Shown here: one piece after another, positions 43,708 through 53,591 of the stretch | How positions within the stretch are numbered: the first letter of the stretch is position 1 | Layout: each line of letters starts with the position of its first letter | From: an uncultured delta proteobacterium | GTDB taxonomy: Bacteria; Myxococcota; UBA727; VGSZ01 | Assembly (NCBI GenBank): GCA_963775425.1 | Contig: CAVZJB010000006.1 | Coordinates: 128,001 to 192,000 of the forward strand | Length of the DNA: 64,000 nucleotides | Reading direction: 5' to 3' | Made by a program: the position numbers and the translations under genes | The notes under the pieces: generated by a model | Database searches by the model: none | What the model was told of the DNA's origin: nothing | What the model saw: the letters and a program-made list of their open reading frames with translations, nothing else

Positions 43708-45312
43708 GTGCGACCCGACGGCCTCCAAGCCCTATCGCTGGCTGCGGCTGCAGAGCGTTCGCTTACGCAGCTGCTCGATCAGGTCGTCGTTGGCCTCGCC
43801 GCCGAGAGAGGCGTGGCGCTCGCGCGCGTGTGGCTCCTCGACGAGGACGCGCCGGTCCTGCGTCTCGCGGCGAGCGCGGGCGCCTCAATCGACGGGCAAA
43901 AGTGGCGACGATTGAACGGAGACTTCAGCGTCATTCCGCTTGGGCAGCGGAAGGTCGGCATCGTTGCGTCGTCGGCGAGCATGATCCTCATCGAAGATCA
44001 CGCGCAGAAGGATCCTCACATCGCGCGGCCGGATTGGGCGAAGCGCGAGGGGATCCGCGCGTTCTGCGGACAGCCGCTGCTCTTTCGCGGACAAGTGCTC
44101 GGCGTGCTCGCTGTGTTTTCACGCGGCCCCATCGACGACACGGGAGCGAGCTTCTTGCGGTCGTTCGCCGACCACTGCGCCGTGGCCATTGCGAACGCGC
44201 GCGCGTTCGACGAGCTTCGTCGATCGCGCACGGAGCTCGAGCAAGAGCGAGACGAGCTCCGCGCCGAGATGTCGTCGAGCATCTCGACAGGCCCCATCCT
44301 CGGCAAGAGCGCCGCGATCACGGAGGTGCGCCGGAAGATCGAGCTCGTCGCCGCCACCGACGCGAGCGTCCTCATCGTGGGCGAGTCGGGCACAGGCAAA
44401 GAGCTCGTCGCGACGGCCGTCCACGAAAAGAGCGCGCGCGCCCAGGCGCCGATCGTGCGCATCAACTGCGCCGCCGTGCCCGCCGACTTGTTCGAGAGCG
44501 AGTTCTTCGGGCACGCCCGCGGCGCTTTCACGGGCGCCGTGAAGGAGCGCGCGGGCAAGTTGCAGCTCGCGCACCAAGGCAGCGTGTTTCTCGATGAGGT
44601 CGCCGAGATCCCGTTACGTCTTCAGCCGAAGTTGCTGCGCGCGATTCAGGAGCACTCGTTCTCGCGCGTCGGCGACGATCAGACGCGCAACGTCGACGTT
44701 CGCTTCATCGCGGCGACGAACCGCGATCTGCGCGCCGAAGTGCGCGCCGGTCGCTTTCGCGAAGACCTCTACTATCGGCTCTCCGTGTTTCCCATCGCGG
44801 TCCCGCCGCTGCGCGATCGACGAGACGACATCGCGCTGCTCGCCAAGCGGTTCCTCGACGACGCATGCCGTCGCTACGGCAAACCGAAGATCGCGTTGAA
44901 GCCGTCCGACGTTGCGTTGCTCGAACGGGCGCCCTGGCGCGGCAACGTGCGCGAGCTGATGAACGTCGTGGAGCGCGCCGTGATCCTCGCAGCGGGCGCG
45001 CATCCTCGCTTCGACCTCGCGCTCGCCGACCAGGCCGCGGCTTTGCCCGACCGCAACGTGAACAGGCCGGCTCACCAGGCGCTCGACGAAGAGGGGCGTG
45101 CCGGTCCGACGACCTCGACGCGCGGGAAGTCGACGTTTCTCACAGCACGGCAGTGGCGCGAGCGCGAGCGCGACAACCTGAGGGCCGCGCTCGCTGCGGC
45201 CGACGGACGGGTCTACGGCGCAGGCGGAGCGGCCGAGCTCCTCGGTATGAAGGCGACGACCTTGATGTCGAAGTTGAAGGCGCTTGGCATCACGCGTCGA
45301 CGAACGCCGTGA
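43708..45312 (+). CDS. Sigma54-dependent enhancer-binding protein (GAF-AAA+-HTH, FhlA/HyfR-like)
   Basis: GESGTGKE, ESEFFGHARGAFTGA, FLDEV, RFIAATNRDL, GNVREL, GAAELLG motifs. Confidence 0.95.
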   Translation: MRPDGLQALSLAAAAERSLTQLLDQVVVGLAAERGVALARVWLLDEDAPVLRLAASAGASIDGQKWRRLNGDFSVIPLGQRKVGIVASSASMILIEDHAQKDPHIARPDWAKREGIRAFCGQPLLFRGQVLGVLAVFSRGPIDDTGASFLRSFADHCAVAIANARAFDELRRSRTELEQERDELRAEMSSSISTGPILGKSAAITEVRRKIELVAATDASVLIVGESGTGKELVATAVHEKSARAQAPIVRINCAAVPADLFESEFFGHARGAFTGAVKERAGKLQLAHQGSVFLDEVAEIPLRLQPKLLRAIQEHSFSRVGDDQTRNVDVRFIAATNRDLRAEVRAGRFREDLYYRLSVFPIAVPPLRDRRDDIALLAKRFLDDACRRYGKPKIALKPSDVALLERAPWRGNVRELMNVVERAVILAAGAHPRFDLALADQAAALPDRNVNRPAHQALDEEGRAGPTTSTRGKSTFLTARQWRERERDNLRAALAAADGRVYGAGGAAELLGMKATTLMSKLKALGITRRRTP

Positions 45313-45502
45313 CCGCGGTGCTCCGATCTCCGACAGCCGCTGGCCGAAGAGCGCCCGCCGGCCGCCCTGCGCTGGGCGAAGCTCCCCGGCGACGACAGCT
45401 TCTCCACGTCGAGGTGCGCCAACGCGTTCGGCGCGAGCAGACACAGCCCGTCGGACGCGTCGTCGGCGCCGCACGCATGCGCGATCTCGGCGAGCGCGGC
45501 CT

Positions 45503-45940
45503 TCACCGGGGCGAGCGCTTGTGAACCTGGAAGTCGAAGAAGTCCTGCGACGTGCAGTACCGGCCCGGGTACAGAAACGGCCAGTTACCGGCTTCGCGCA
45601 GGGCCCAGGCGGGCTGTTGATGCAGGTGGCGCTGGATCTTGCCGCCCGGCATGGATGTGGGGGCGAGCACCGGCTTGTTGCCGAGGCCGGGGTCATCGCG
45701 CGCGTGGAGGCCGACGGCCGACAGCCGCACCTGATGGACCTTCTGCGTCCCCGTCGGCGCCACCGCCGGCTGCGACGTGGTCACCACCTGTGTCTTGTGA
45801 TCGCCGCCGAGGATGAGCTCCTCGGTGCGGTGAGGCCGCACCCATTGCTCGGGGGGCACCTGCCGCTGCTGTGGCGGCGGCGGCGGCTGTTGCACCACGA
45901 CGCGCGCGAACAGCGCAGAGTTGACGAGGCGGCGGTCGCG
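45503..45940 (-). pseudogene. Probable 5'-truncated hypothetical gene fragment
   Basis: Protein-like frame ..LVNSALFARVVVQQPPPP..WPFLYPGRYCTSQDFFDF with no RBS or convincing start; frame begins at the direct-repeat junction. Confidence 0.4.
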
Positions 45941-45942
45941 GC

Positions 45943-46014
45943 GACGGCGTGAGCCTCCCGGTGCACACCGTCGGCGCGGGGATCACCTTCAACGTGAGCG
46001 AGCTCGTCGACTGA
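45943..46014 (+). repeat. Right copy of 72-nt direct repeat: orphan C-terminus DGVSLPVHTVGAGITFNVSELVD*
   Basis: Aligns without gaps to 42959-43030, including the TGA stop. Confidence 0.92.
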
Positions 46015-46020
46015 ACGGCG

Positions 46021-46833
46021 CTACGCGCGGGCTGCGGCGAAGTGCTCGAGCAGCGCGCGGTTCACGAGGGCCGCGTGCTGGTGGGTGACGCCGTGGCCGG
46101 CGTCGCGGATGCGCTCGATGCGTGAGCCGGCGATGAGCGCGTGCAGGCGCTCGCTGTTGTGCGGCCGCACGAGGATGTCGTCCTCGGGCTTCACGATCAG
46201 CGTGGGCGCGTCGAGCCCGCGGAGGGCGCGGACGACGTCGTGGCGCAGCACCGCGCGGAGCTGGTTCAGGCGGGTGACGGTGTCGGCGGGCACGGCGAAC
46301 ACGTCGAGCTGCGCGCCGCTGAACCCGTCCTCGGGGCGGGCGCCGGCGAGGTACGCCGGCGTGTACAGGAGCTGCCTCAGCGCGGCGAAGCGGGCCGCGC
46401 CGCGGGCGGTGTTCGCGCGGAGGAACAGCGCGAGCGCGCGCGGCCGCGGCGCGAGGTGCAGGAGCGAGCCGCCGGGGGACGTGGCGATGAGCGAGAGGCT
46501 CGCCACGCGCGGGCGGTGCCGCAGCGCCAGGTGCAGCGCCACCATGCCGCCCATGCTGACGCCGACGACGTGCGCGCGCGGGAAGCCGACGTGCTCCATG
46601 AGCGCGGCGGTGTCGTCGGCGAGGTCGGCGAAGCCGTAGGACGTCTTGCTGCTCTCGCTCTCGCCGATGCCGCGGTTGTCGAACACGAGCACGCGGTGCC
46701 GGCCCTTCAGCCCCTCGATCTGCGGCGCCCACGCGCGCCCCGAGATGCCGAAGCCCATGATGAGCACCACGGGCGGTCCGTCGTCACCGTGGACCTCGTA
46801 CCAGAAGCGCTGGCCCCGCAACGTCGCGTGCAC
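46021..46833 (-). CDS. Alpha/beta-fold hydrolase
   Basis: FDNRGIGES, GVSMGG nucleophile elbow, DAGHG. Confidence 0.92.
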   Translation of the reverse strand: MHATLRGQRFWYEVHGDDGPPVVLIMGFGISGRAWAPQIEGLKGRHRVLVFDNRGIGESESSKTSYGFADLADDTAALMEHVGFPRAHVVGVSMGGMVALHLALRHRPRVASLSLIATSPGGSLLHLAPRPRALALFLRANTARGAARFAALRQLLYTPAYLAGARPEDGFSGAQLDVFAVPADTVTRLNQLRAVLRHDVVRALRGLDAPTLIVKPEDDILVRPHNSERLHALIAGSRIERIRDAGHGVTHQHAALVNRALLEHFAAARA

Positions 46834-46907
46834 GCCGGGGTTCTACCACCGCCGCGGCGGGTGGGCGTGGCCGTGAGCAGACGACGCCCGACCCCCGCGG
46901 CGCCGCC

Positions 46908-48173
46908 TCAGAACTGCGCCTTCTCCGTGGAGCCCTCGAGGGCCAGCGTGGAGGCGCGGCCGCCGCTGATCACCTGCGAGACGGCGTCGAAGTAGCCGGT
47001 GCCGACCTCGCGCTGGTGCTTGGTGGCCGAGTAGCCTTCGGCCTCCGCGGCGAGCTCCTTGTCCTGCAGGCGGGCGTAGGCCTCCATGTCGTCCCGGTCG
47101 TAGGCGCGGGCGAGCTCGAACATCGAGTAGTTGAGCGCGTGGAAGCCCGCGAGCGTGACGAACTGGAACTTGTACCCCATCGCCGCCAGCTCACGCTGGA
47201 ACTTCTTGATGGTGGCGGCGTCGAGGTTCTTTCGCCAGTTGAACGACGGCGAGCAGTTGTACGCGAGCATCTTGCCGGGGAACCTGGCGTGGATGCCTTC
47301 GGCGAAGCGGCGCGCCTCGTCGAGGTCGGGCGTGGACGTCTCGCACCAGATGAGGTCGGCGTACGGCGCGTACGCGAGGCCGCGGGCGATGGCGTACTCG
47401 ACGCCGCCGTTGATGCGGTAGAAGCCCTCGGGCGTGCGCTCGCTCGACGTGATGAACGGGCGATCACGCTCGTCCACGTCGCTGGTCAGGAGCTTGGCGG
47501 AGTCGGCGTCGGTGCGCGCCACCAGGAGGGTGGGCACGTCGAGGACGTCGGCGGCGAGGCGCGCGGCGGTGAGCGTGCGGATGAACTGGGAGGTGGGCAC
47601 GAGCACCTTGCCGCCCATGTGCCCGCACTTCTTCTCGCTCGCGAGCTGGTCCTCGAAGTGGACGCCGGCGGCGCCCGCCTCGATCATCTGCTTCATGAGC
47701 TCGAACGCGTTGAGCGGCCCGCCGAAGCCCGCCTCGGCGTCGGCGATCATGGGCGCGAGCCAGGTGCGCTGGTCGGCGCCCTCGGCGTGCTCGATCTGAT
47801 CGGCGCGCATCAGCGCGTTGTTGATGCGCTTGACCAGGAGCGGCACCGAGTGCGCGGGATAGAGGCTCTGGTCGGGGTACATCTGACCGGAGTCGTTGGC
47901 GTCGGCGGCCACCTGCCAGCCGGAGATGTAGATGGCCTTCAGGCCGGCCTTCACCATCTGCACCGCCTGGTTTCCGGTCATCGCGCCGAGGGCGTGGACG
48001 TAGTCCTCCTCGTGCAGGAGCTGCCAGAGCCGCTCTGCACCGAGGCGCGCGAGCGTGTGCTCGACCTTCACCGTGCCGCGCAGCCGCTGGACGTCTGCGG
48101 GGGAGTAGGGACGCTCGATCCCGGCAAAGCGTTCGGGGATGACAGGGGCAACATTCTTCTTCGCGGCGACCAT
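46908..48173 (-). CDS. aceA: Isocitrate lyase
   Basis: [12 protein letters not shown] signature, [32 protein letters not shown]. Confidence 0.98.
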   Translation of the reverse strand: MVAAKKNVAPVIPERFAGIERPYSPADVQRLRGTVKVEHTLARLGAERLWQLLHEEDYVHALGAMTGNQAVQMVKAGLKAIYISGWQVAADANDSGQMYPDQSLYPAHSVPLLVKRINNALMRADQIEHAEGADQRTWLAPMIADAEAGFGGPLNAFELMKQMIEAGAAGVHFEDQLASEKKCGHMGGKVLVPTSQFIRTLTAARLAADVLDVPTLLVARTDADSAKLLTSDVDERDRPFITSSERTPEGFYRINGGVEYAIARGLAYAPYADLIWCETSTPDLDEARRFAEGIHARFPGKMLAYNCSPSFNWRKNLDAATIKKFQRELAAMGYKFQFVTLAGFHALNYSMFELARAYDRDDMEAYARLQDKELAAEAEGYSATKHQREVGTGYFDAVSQVISGGRASTLALEGSTEKAQF

Positions 48174-48242
48174 AAGGCGTACCTCCTCCGGGGCAGGCGT
48201 GTGCACCGCCTACCAAACTCACACTCTCGAGATGTGCACGTC

Positions 48243-49805
48243 TCAGCTCTTGGACTCAGCCTCGACGAGGAGCTCGTACGCCGGCAGCGTCAAGAACTCC
48301 TCGAGCTCGGGTTTCAGGCACAAGGACAGGAAGAGGTCGCGGGCGCGCCCCTCTTCGCTCTCCTCGATGACCACGCGCCGCAACCGCTCTTCGGTCAGTG
48401 GCTCGCCCTCGACGTCGGCGCCGGAGTGCAACCACTGCCACAGTTGGGTGCGGGAGATTTCGGCCGTGGCGGCGTCCTCCATCAGGTGGTTGATGGGGAC
48501 GCAGCCCTGACCACGGAGCCATGACGCCAGGTATTGAACACCCACGCGTGCGTTGGTCCGCAGCCCGGCCTCCGTGCGCCCACCCACGGGCGCACGCAGA
48601 AGATCGTCGGCGCTCACGCGAACATCGTCGCGGGCGACGTGAAGCTGGTTCTTCTCGGTGAAGATGGCGGCGGCGATGGGCACGAGGCCCGGGTGCGCGA
48701 CCCACGTGCCGTCGTGGCCGTCTCCGACCTCGCGGCGCTTGTCGGCGCGCACCTGCTCGAGCGCCTTGTCGTTGGCGACGGGGTCGTCCTTGCGCGGGAT
48801 GAAGGCGCTCATGCCGCCCATGGCGAAGGCGCCGCGACGGTGGCAGGTCTTGATGAGCAGTTGCGTGTAGCTCCGCAGGAAGTGCTGCTCCATGGTGACC
48901 TGGGCGCGATCGGGGAGGACGAAGCCGGCCTCCTTGCGGCGGCGCTTGATGACCGAGAAGATGTAGTCCCAGCGGCCGCAGTTGAGCCCGACGATGTTGT
49001 CCTTCAGCGCGTGGAGGATCTCGTCCATCTCGAACGCCGCGGGCAGCGTCTCGATGAGCACCGTGACCTTCACGCTGCCGGGGGGGATGCCGACGCGCTC
49101 CTCGATGAGCTTGAGGACGTCGGCCCACAGCGCCGCCTCCTTGTGGCTCTCGAGCTTGGGGAGATAGAGGTAGGGACCCGAGCCGCGCTCGAGGAGCGTC
49201 TTGGCGTTTTTGTGGATGTAGAGGGCGGCGTCGAAGAACGGCCCGGGCACCGCGGTGCCGTCGACGAGCATGTGCGCCTCGGGCAGGTGGAGCCCGCGCG
49301 GCCGCGCCATGAGCACGGCGCCGCCGCGCCCGGGGAAGCCCTCGGGGAGCGCGTACTTCTTGCCCGACACCGGGTCCTCGTACGAGAGCGTGCCTTGCAC
49401 CGCCTCCTTGAGCGCGCGCTGGCCGTCGATGAGGTTGCGCCACGTGGGCGCGTTGCTGTCCTCGAAGTCGGCCATGTAGACCTGCGCGCCCGACGACAGC
49501 GCGTTCAGCACCATCTTCCGGTCGGTGGGGCCGGTGATCTCCACGCGGCGATCGAGGAGGTCACGCGGGACGCCGGCGATCTTCCAATCGCCTTCGCGCA
49601 CCGCGCGCGTCTCGGCGAGGAAGTCGAGCGTCTCCGTCTTCGCGTCGAAGCGCGCCTGCCGCGCCTGCCGCTCGCGCAGGAGATCGAAGAGGCGGGGGCG
49701 AAACGCCCGAGAGAGCTCCGCGATCAGCGCGCGGGCAGGGGTGTCGAGGATGTCGTCGACGACCACGTCGGTGGGGGCGACCAGGGTGAGACCGCGCTGC
49801 GTCAT
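48243..49805 (-). CDS. aceB: Malate synthase A
   Basis: DRRVEITGP, MADFEDS, GLNCGRWDYIFS, KRREVGDGHDGTWVAHPGL, LMEDAATAEISR. Confidence 0.97.
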   Translation of the reverse strand: MTQRGLTLVAPTDVVVDDILDTPARALIAELSRAFRPRLFDLLRERQARQARFDAKTETLDFLAETRAVREGDWKIAGVPRDLLDRRVEITGPTDRKMVLNALSSGAQVYMADFEDSNAPTWRNLIDGQRALKEAVQGTLSYEDPVSGKKYALPEGFPGRGGAVLMARPRGLHLPEAHMLVDGTAVPGPFFDAALYIHKNAKTLLERGSGPYLYLPKLESHKEAALWADVLKLIEERVGIPPGSVKVTVLIETLPAAFEMDEILHALKDNIVGLNCGRWDYIFSVIKRRRKEAGFVLPDRAQVTMEQHFLRSYTQLLIKTCHRRGAFAMGGMSAFIPRKDDPVANDKALEQVRADKRREVGDGHDGTWVAHPGLVPIAAAIFTEKNQLHVARDDVRVSADDLLRAPVGGRTEAGLRTNARVGVQYLASWLRGQGCVPINHLMEDAATAEISRTQLWQWLHSGADVEGEPLTEERLRRVVIEESEEGRARDLFLSLCLKPELEEFLTLPAYELLVEAESKS

Positions 49806-49819
49806 TTCGAATACTCCGC

Positions 49820-49930
49820 TCCGTGTCAATACTCAGGACATTGTAACCAACGCGGCGCGTTGTCTGCCGTGATCTCGGGCGTGTTTACTTGTTTACAGAG
49901 TTGACAGTTCACGTTGTTGTGTTGTAAACT
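49820..49930. promoter_or_regulatory. Divergent promoter region with TT(T/G)ACA/TGT(A/C)AA motifs and a sigma70-like promoter
   Basis: TTTAC 49884, TTTACA 49892, TTGACA 49901, TGTAAA 49923, TGTCAA 49824; TTGACA-N18-TAAACT faces the regulator gene. Confidence 0.6.
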
Positions 49931-49962
49931 CCAGGTCGACGCAACACCGACACGGAGGGTCC

Positions 49963-51381
49963 ATGGCCACGCGAAAAGAGGGTCCGCGGCTCGGCGCCAA
50001 GGTGCGCCAGCTCCGGCGGCGCGAGGGGCTGACCCAGCACCAGCTCGCCGAACGGCTCGGCGTCTCGCCGGCCTACCTGAACCTGATCGAGAACAACCGC
50101 CGGCCGCTGCCCGCGCACCTGCTGATCCAATTGGCCCAGTCGTTCAAGCTGGATCTAGCGACGTTCGCCGCGGACGATGAAGCGCAGCTCCAGTCGGATC
50201 TGCTCGAGGTCTTTGGTGACCCGCTGTTCGACGGCGCCGAGATCACGGCCGCCGAGGTCCGCGAAATGGCCGCTTCGCAGCCCGGGCCCGCCCGCGCCGT
50301 GCTCGCCCTCTATCGGGCGTACCAGAGCGCGCGCGGGCAGGAGGGCGGCCCCGTCGTCGAGGGACCCGCCAGCGACGTGCCGTCGGAAGAGGTGAGCGAT
50401 CTGCTGCAGCGGCACATGAACTACTTCCCCGAGCTCGAGGAGCTCGCCGAGAGCGTGCGCAAGGAAGGCCGCATCGCCGACGACGACCTCACGCGGTGTC
50501 TGGTGCGCTACCTCGAGGACAAGCACGGCGTGACGGTGGAGGTGGTGCGCGCGTCCAAGGGCCAGCGCGTGCTGCGCAGCTTCGATCCGGCCACCAAGCA
50601 CCTGGCGCTGTCCGAGCTGTTGCCGCCGCGCTCCCGCAACTTCCAGCTCGCGCACCAGATCTGCCTGCTCACCGGCTCCAGCTTCCTGGACCGCGTCACG
50701 CGCGACGACATCCTCACCTCCGCCGAGGCGCGCTCGCTCGGGCGCGTGGCGCTCGCCAACTACTTCGCCGGCGCCATGCTCATGCCCTACGAGCCGTTCT
50801 TCGAGGCGGCCGAGGCCTTGCGCTACGACATCGAGCTGCTCGGGCACCGCTTCCGCACCAGCTTCGAGCAGGTCTGCCACCGCGTGACCACGCTCAGGCG
50901 GCCCGGGATGCTCGGCGTTCCGTTCCACCTCATCCGCGTCGACATCGCCGGCAACATCAGCAAGCGCTTCTCCGGCTCCGGCATCCGCTTCGCCCGCTTC
51001 GCCGGCGCGTGCCCGCGCTGGAACGTGTTCACCGCGTTCCTCACGCCCGGGATGATCAAGACCCAGGTGTCCGAGATGGCCGACGGCGCCAGGTACTTCT
51101 GCATCTCGTCGACGGTGAGCAAGAGCAGCATCGGCTACGGGTCGCAGCACAGCCCGCTCGCCCTCGGCCTCGGCTGTCGCGTGGAGCACGCCAAGCGCCT
51201 CGTGTACGCAGACGGCGTCGACCTCGAGCACAGTGTCCCCGTCGGCGTCACCTGCCGCCTGTGCGACCGCGCCGACTGCACCGAGCGCGCGTTCCCTGCC
51301 GTGAAGGCCCCGCTCCACGTCGACGAGAACGTGCGCGGCGTGAGCTTCTACGCCACCAGCCCGCTCCCCATCGTGTCGTGA
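49963..51381 (+). CDS. XRE-family short-chain fatty acyl-CoA regulator (RamB/PrpR/ScfR-like)
   Basis: XRE HTH (SPAYLNLIENNRRPL), FQLAHQ, ANYFAGAMLMPY, FEQVCHR, GNISKR, CPRWNV, CRLCDRADC; divergent from aceB. Confidence 0.93.
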   Translation: MATRKEGPRLGAKVRQLRRREGLTQHQLAERLGVSPAYLNLIENNRRPLPAHLLIQLAQSFKLDLATFAADDEAQLQSDLLEVFGDPLFDGAEITAAEVREMAASQPGPARAVLALYRAYQSARGQEGGPVVEGPASDVPSEEVSDLLQRHMNYFPELEELAESVRKEGRIADDDLTRCLVRYLEDKHGVTVEVVRASKGQRVLRSFDPATKHLALSELLPPRSRNFQLAHQICLLTGSSFLDRVTRDDILTSAEARSLGRVALANYFAGAMLMPYEPFFEAAEALRYDIELLGHRFRTSFEQVCHRVTTLRRPGMLGVPFHLIRVDIAGNISKRFSGSGIRFARFAGACPRWNVFTAFLTPGMIKTQVSEMADGARYFCISSTVSKSSIGYGSQHSPLALGLGCRVEHAKRLVYADGVDLEHSVPVGVTCRLCDRADCTERAFPAVKAPLHVDENVRGVSFYATSPLPIVS

Positions 51382-51450
51382 GCTGAGCCCGTCACGCTCG
51401 TGGGCCCGTCGTGCTCGCGTCGCCTATTGCTTCAGGGAAGATGAAATGTT

Positions 51451-51466
51451 CTGTTCACCGGAACAG
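51451..51466. promoter_or_regulatory. Putative MarR operator palindrome CTGTTC-N4-GAACAG
   Basis: Inverted repeat just upstream of the GGAGG RBS of the MarR gene. Confidence 0.45.
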
Positions 51467-51480
51467 TCGGGAGGATCTGC

Positions 51481-51936
51481 ATGACCAGCAAGGCCGCGGT
51501 GGACGACCTCGGCACCATCCTTCGGTGCATCAAGGCCGTCGCGTTCAAGCAGAGCGACGAGGCCTGGGCGTCGCTCGACCTCACCATGGCGCAGCTCAAG
51601 GCCTTCATGCTCATCGTCCACAGCGGCGGCATCACGAGCAGCGCGCTCGCGGACAAGATGCGCGTGAGCCCATCGGCGGTGACGCCCGTCGTCGACAAGC
51701 TGGTCGCCCACGAGCTCGCGCGCCGCGAGGACGATCCCGGCGACCGCCGCGTGCACTGGGTGCGGCCCACGCCCGCCGCGCTCGCGCAGCACGAGCGCCT
51801 CCTCGCCAGCGGCCGCGCGCTGCATGCCCGCATCCTCGGCGCCGTGCCCGCCGACAAGGCGGCCGCCGTCCAGGAAGCCCTCGCCGTCCTCGTCGACGCC
51901 GCGCGCGCCGTGAAGGAACAGGAGACCGCATCATGA
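51481..51936 (+). CDS. MarR family transcriptional regulator
   Basis: LTMAQL, SALADKMRVSPSAVT..VDKL, DPGDRR. Confidence 0.92.
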   Translation: MTSKAAVDDLGTILRCIKAVAFKQSDEAWASLDLTMAQLKAFMLIVHSGGITSSALADKMRVSPSAVTPVVDKLVAHELARREDDPGDRRVHWVRPTPAALAQHERLLASGRALHARILGAVPADKAAAVQEALAVLVDAARAVKEQETAS

Positions 51937-53591
51937 GCCCGCACTCCGCGGCCCCCGCCCCGAGCGCCGCCGCGCCGCCGCCGCCGGCGCCTGCCGCTGC
52001 GCCACAGCTCGACGACGAGATCCCCCGCGCCACGATGCTTGCCACCATGGCCGGCATCATCGCCGCCATGCTCCTCGGCGCGCTCGACAACACCATCGTC
52101 GGCACCGCGATGCCCAAGGTCATCGCCGAGCTGCACGGCTTCGAGCACTACGCCGCCGTCACCACCATCTACATGCTCGCGTCCACGGTGGTCGTGCCCA
52201 TCGCCGGCAAGCTGTCCGACCTCTTCGGCCGAAAGCCGTTCCTGTTGGTCGGCGTCGGCGTGTTCGTCGTCGGCAGCATGCTCTGCGGCCAGGCCACGAG
52301 CATGAACCAGCTCATCGCGTTTCGCGGGTTGCAGGGCATCGGCGCGGGCTTCTCGCAGTCCATGGCCTTCGTCACCATCGCCGACCTCTTCCCGCCCGCC
52401 CGCCGCGGCCGCGTCAGCGGGATCATGGGCTCGGTCTTCGGCCTCGCCAGCGTCGTCGGCCCCTCCGTCGGCGGCTTCCTCACCGACGGCCCCGGCTGGC
52501 GTTGGTGCTTCTATGTGAACGTGCCCATCGGCGTCATCGCCTTCGCCATCCTCCTGTTCGCCTTCCCGCGTTTGTCGCGCGACGGGAGCAAGCGCCCCTC
52601 CATCGATTACCTCGGCGCCGTCACGCTCATCCTCGGCGTGGTGCCCATCCTGCTCGGGCTGTCCTGGGCGGGCCGCGACTACGCGTGGACCTCACCCACG
52701 ATCCTCGCGCTCCTCGGCGGCGGCACCGCCGTGATGATCGCGTTCTTCTTCATCGAGACCCGCGCCAAGGAGGCCATCCTGCCGCCGAGGCTGTTGAAGA
52801 ACCGCATCGTGTGGACGTCGGCGACGGCGGCCACGCTCATCTCCATGGGCATGTTCGGCACGGCGCTGTTCATCCCGCTGTTCATCCAGGCGGTGGTCGG
52901 CACGTCGGCCACCAAGAGCGGCGCCGTGGTGACGCCGATGATGTTCGCGATGATCATCTCGAGCGTCACCGCAGGCCAGCTCATGCAGCGCATGGGCCGC
53001 TACAAGGTCATCGCCATCGTGGGCGTCACCATCACTGCCGGCGCGCTGTTCCTGCTGTCGCGCATGACCGTGGACACCTCGTACTCCACCGTGCTCTTCA
53101 ACATGATCGTCCTCGGCGTGGGCCTCGGCGCCACCATGCCCGTCTACAACCTCGCCGTGCAAAACGCCGTCGACATCAAGCAGGTGGGGGTGGCCACGTC
53201 GTCGCTGCAGTTCATGCGCTCCATGGGCGGCTCGTTGGGGGCCGCGTTCTTCGGCGCCGTTCTCACCAACCGCTTCGGCCCCGCGCTCAAGGAGGCGTTG
53301 CCCGCGCAGGCGGCGGCGGCGCTGCCGCCGGGGATGCTCGACAAGCTCACCAACCCGCAGAGCCTGATGAACCCCCAGTTCCAGGCGCAGATGAAGAGCG
53401 GCGGCGCCGCCATGATGGAGCGGATGGCGCCCGTGCTGCACGCGGTGAAGGCGGCGCTGGCGTCGTCGCTGTCGGACGTGTTCCTGATGGGCTGCGTGCT
53501 CGTGACGGCCGGCATCGCTGTGACCTTGCTGATGCGCGACGCGCCGCTGCGGAAGAGCAACCGCATGCCCGCCGAGGTGCCCGCGGCATGA
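51933..53591 (+). CDS. DHA2 (EmrB/QacA) MFS multidrug transporter
   Basis: LDNTIVGTAMP, GKLSDLFGRK, FRGLQGIGAG, WRWCFYVNVPIG; ATGA overlap with marR. Confidence 0.95.
   Translation: MSPHSAAPAPSAAAPPPPAPAAAPQLDDEIPRATMLATMAGIIAAMLLGALDNTIVGTAMPKVIAELHGFEHYAAVTTIYMLASTVVVPIAGKLSDLFGRKPFLLVGVGVFVVGSMLCGQATSMNQLIAFRGLQGIGAGFSQSMAFVTIADLFPPARRGRVSGIMGSVFGLASVVGPSVGGFLTDGPGWRWCFYVNVPIGVIAFAILLFAFPRLSRDGSKRPSIDYLGAVTLILGVVPILLGLSWAGRDYAWTSPTILALLGGGTAVMIAFFFIETRAKEAILPPRLLKNRIVWTSATAATLISMGMFGTALFIPLFIQAVVGTSATKSGAVVTPMMFAMIISSVTAGQLMQRMGRYKVIAIVGVTITAGALFLLSRMTVDTSYSTVLFNMIVLGVGLGATMPVYNLAVQNAVDIKQVGVATSSLQFMRSMGGSLGAAFFGAVLTNRFGPALKEALPAQAAAALPPGMLDKLTNPQSLMNPQFQAQMKSGGAAMMERMAPVLHAVKAALASSLSDVFLMGCVLVTAGIAVTLLMRDAPLRKSNRMPAEVPAA

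Noticed and set aside
45213-45506. Small ORF MKAALAEIAHACG.. coupled to ORF 45503-45898
   Set aside because: The GTGA overlap is suggestive, but it runs ~100 bp into the activator's 3' end and has no recognisable motif; at most a fragment.
42959-46014. 72-nt repeat pair as the TR/VR of a diversity-generating retroelement
   Set aside because: The 8 mismatches are not adenine-specific (G/C, C/T and C/G changes occur), and no reverse transcriptase is in the window.
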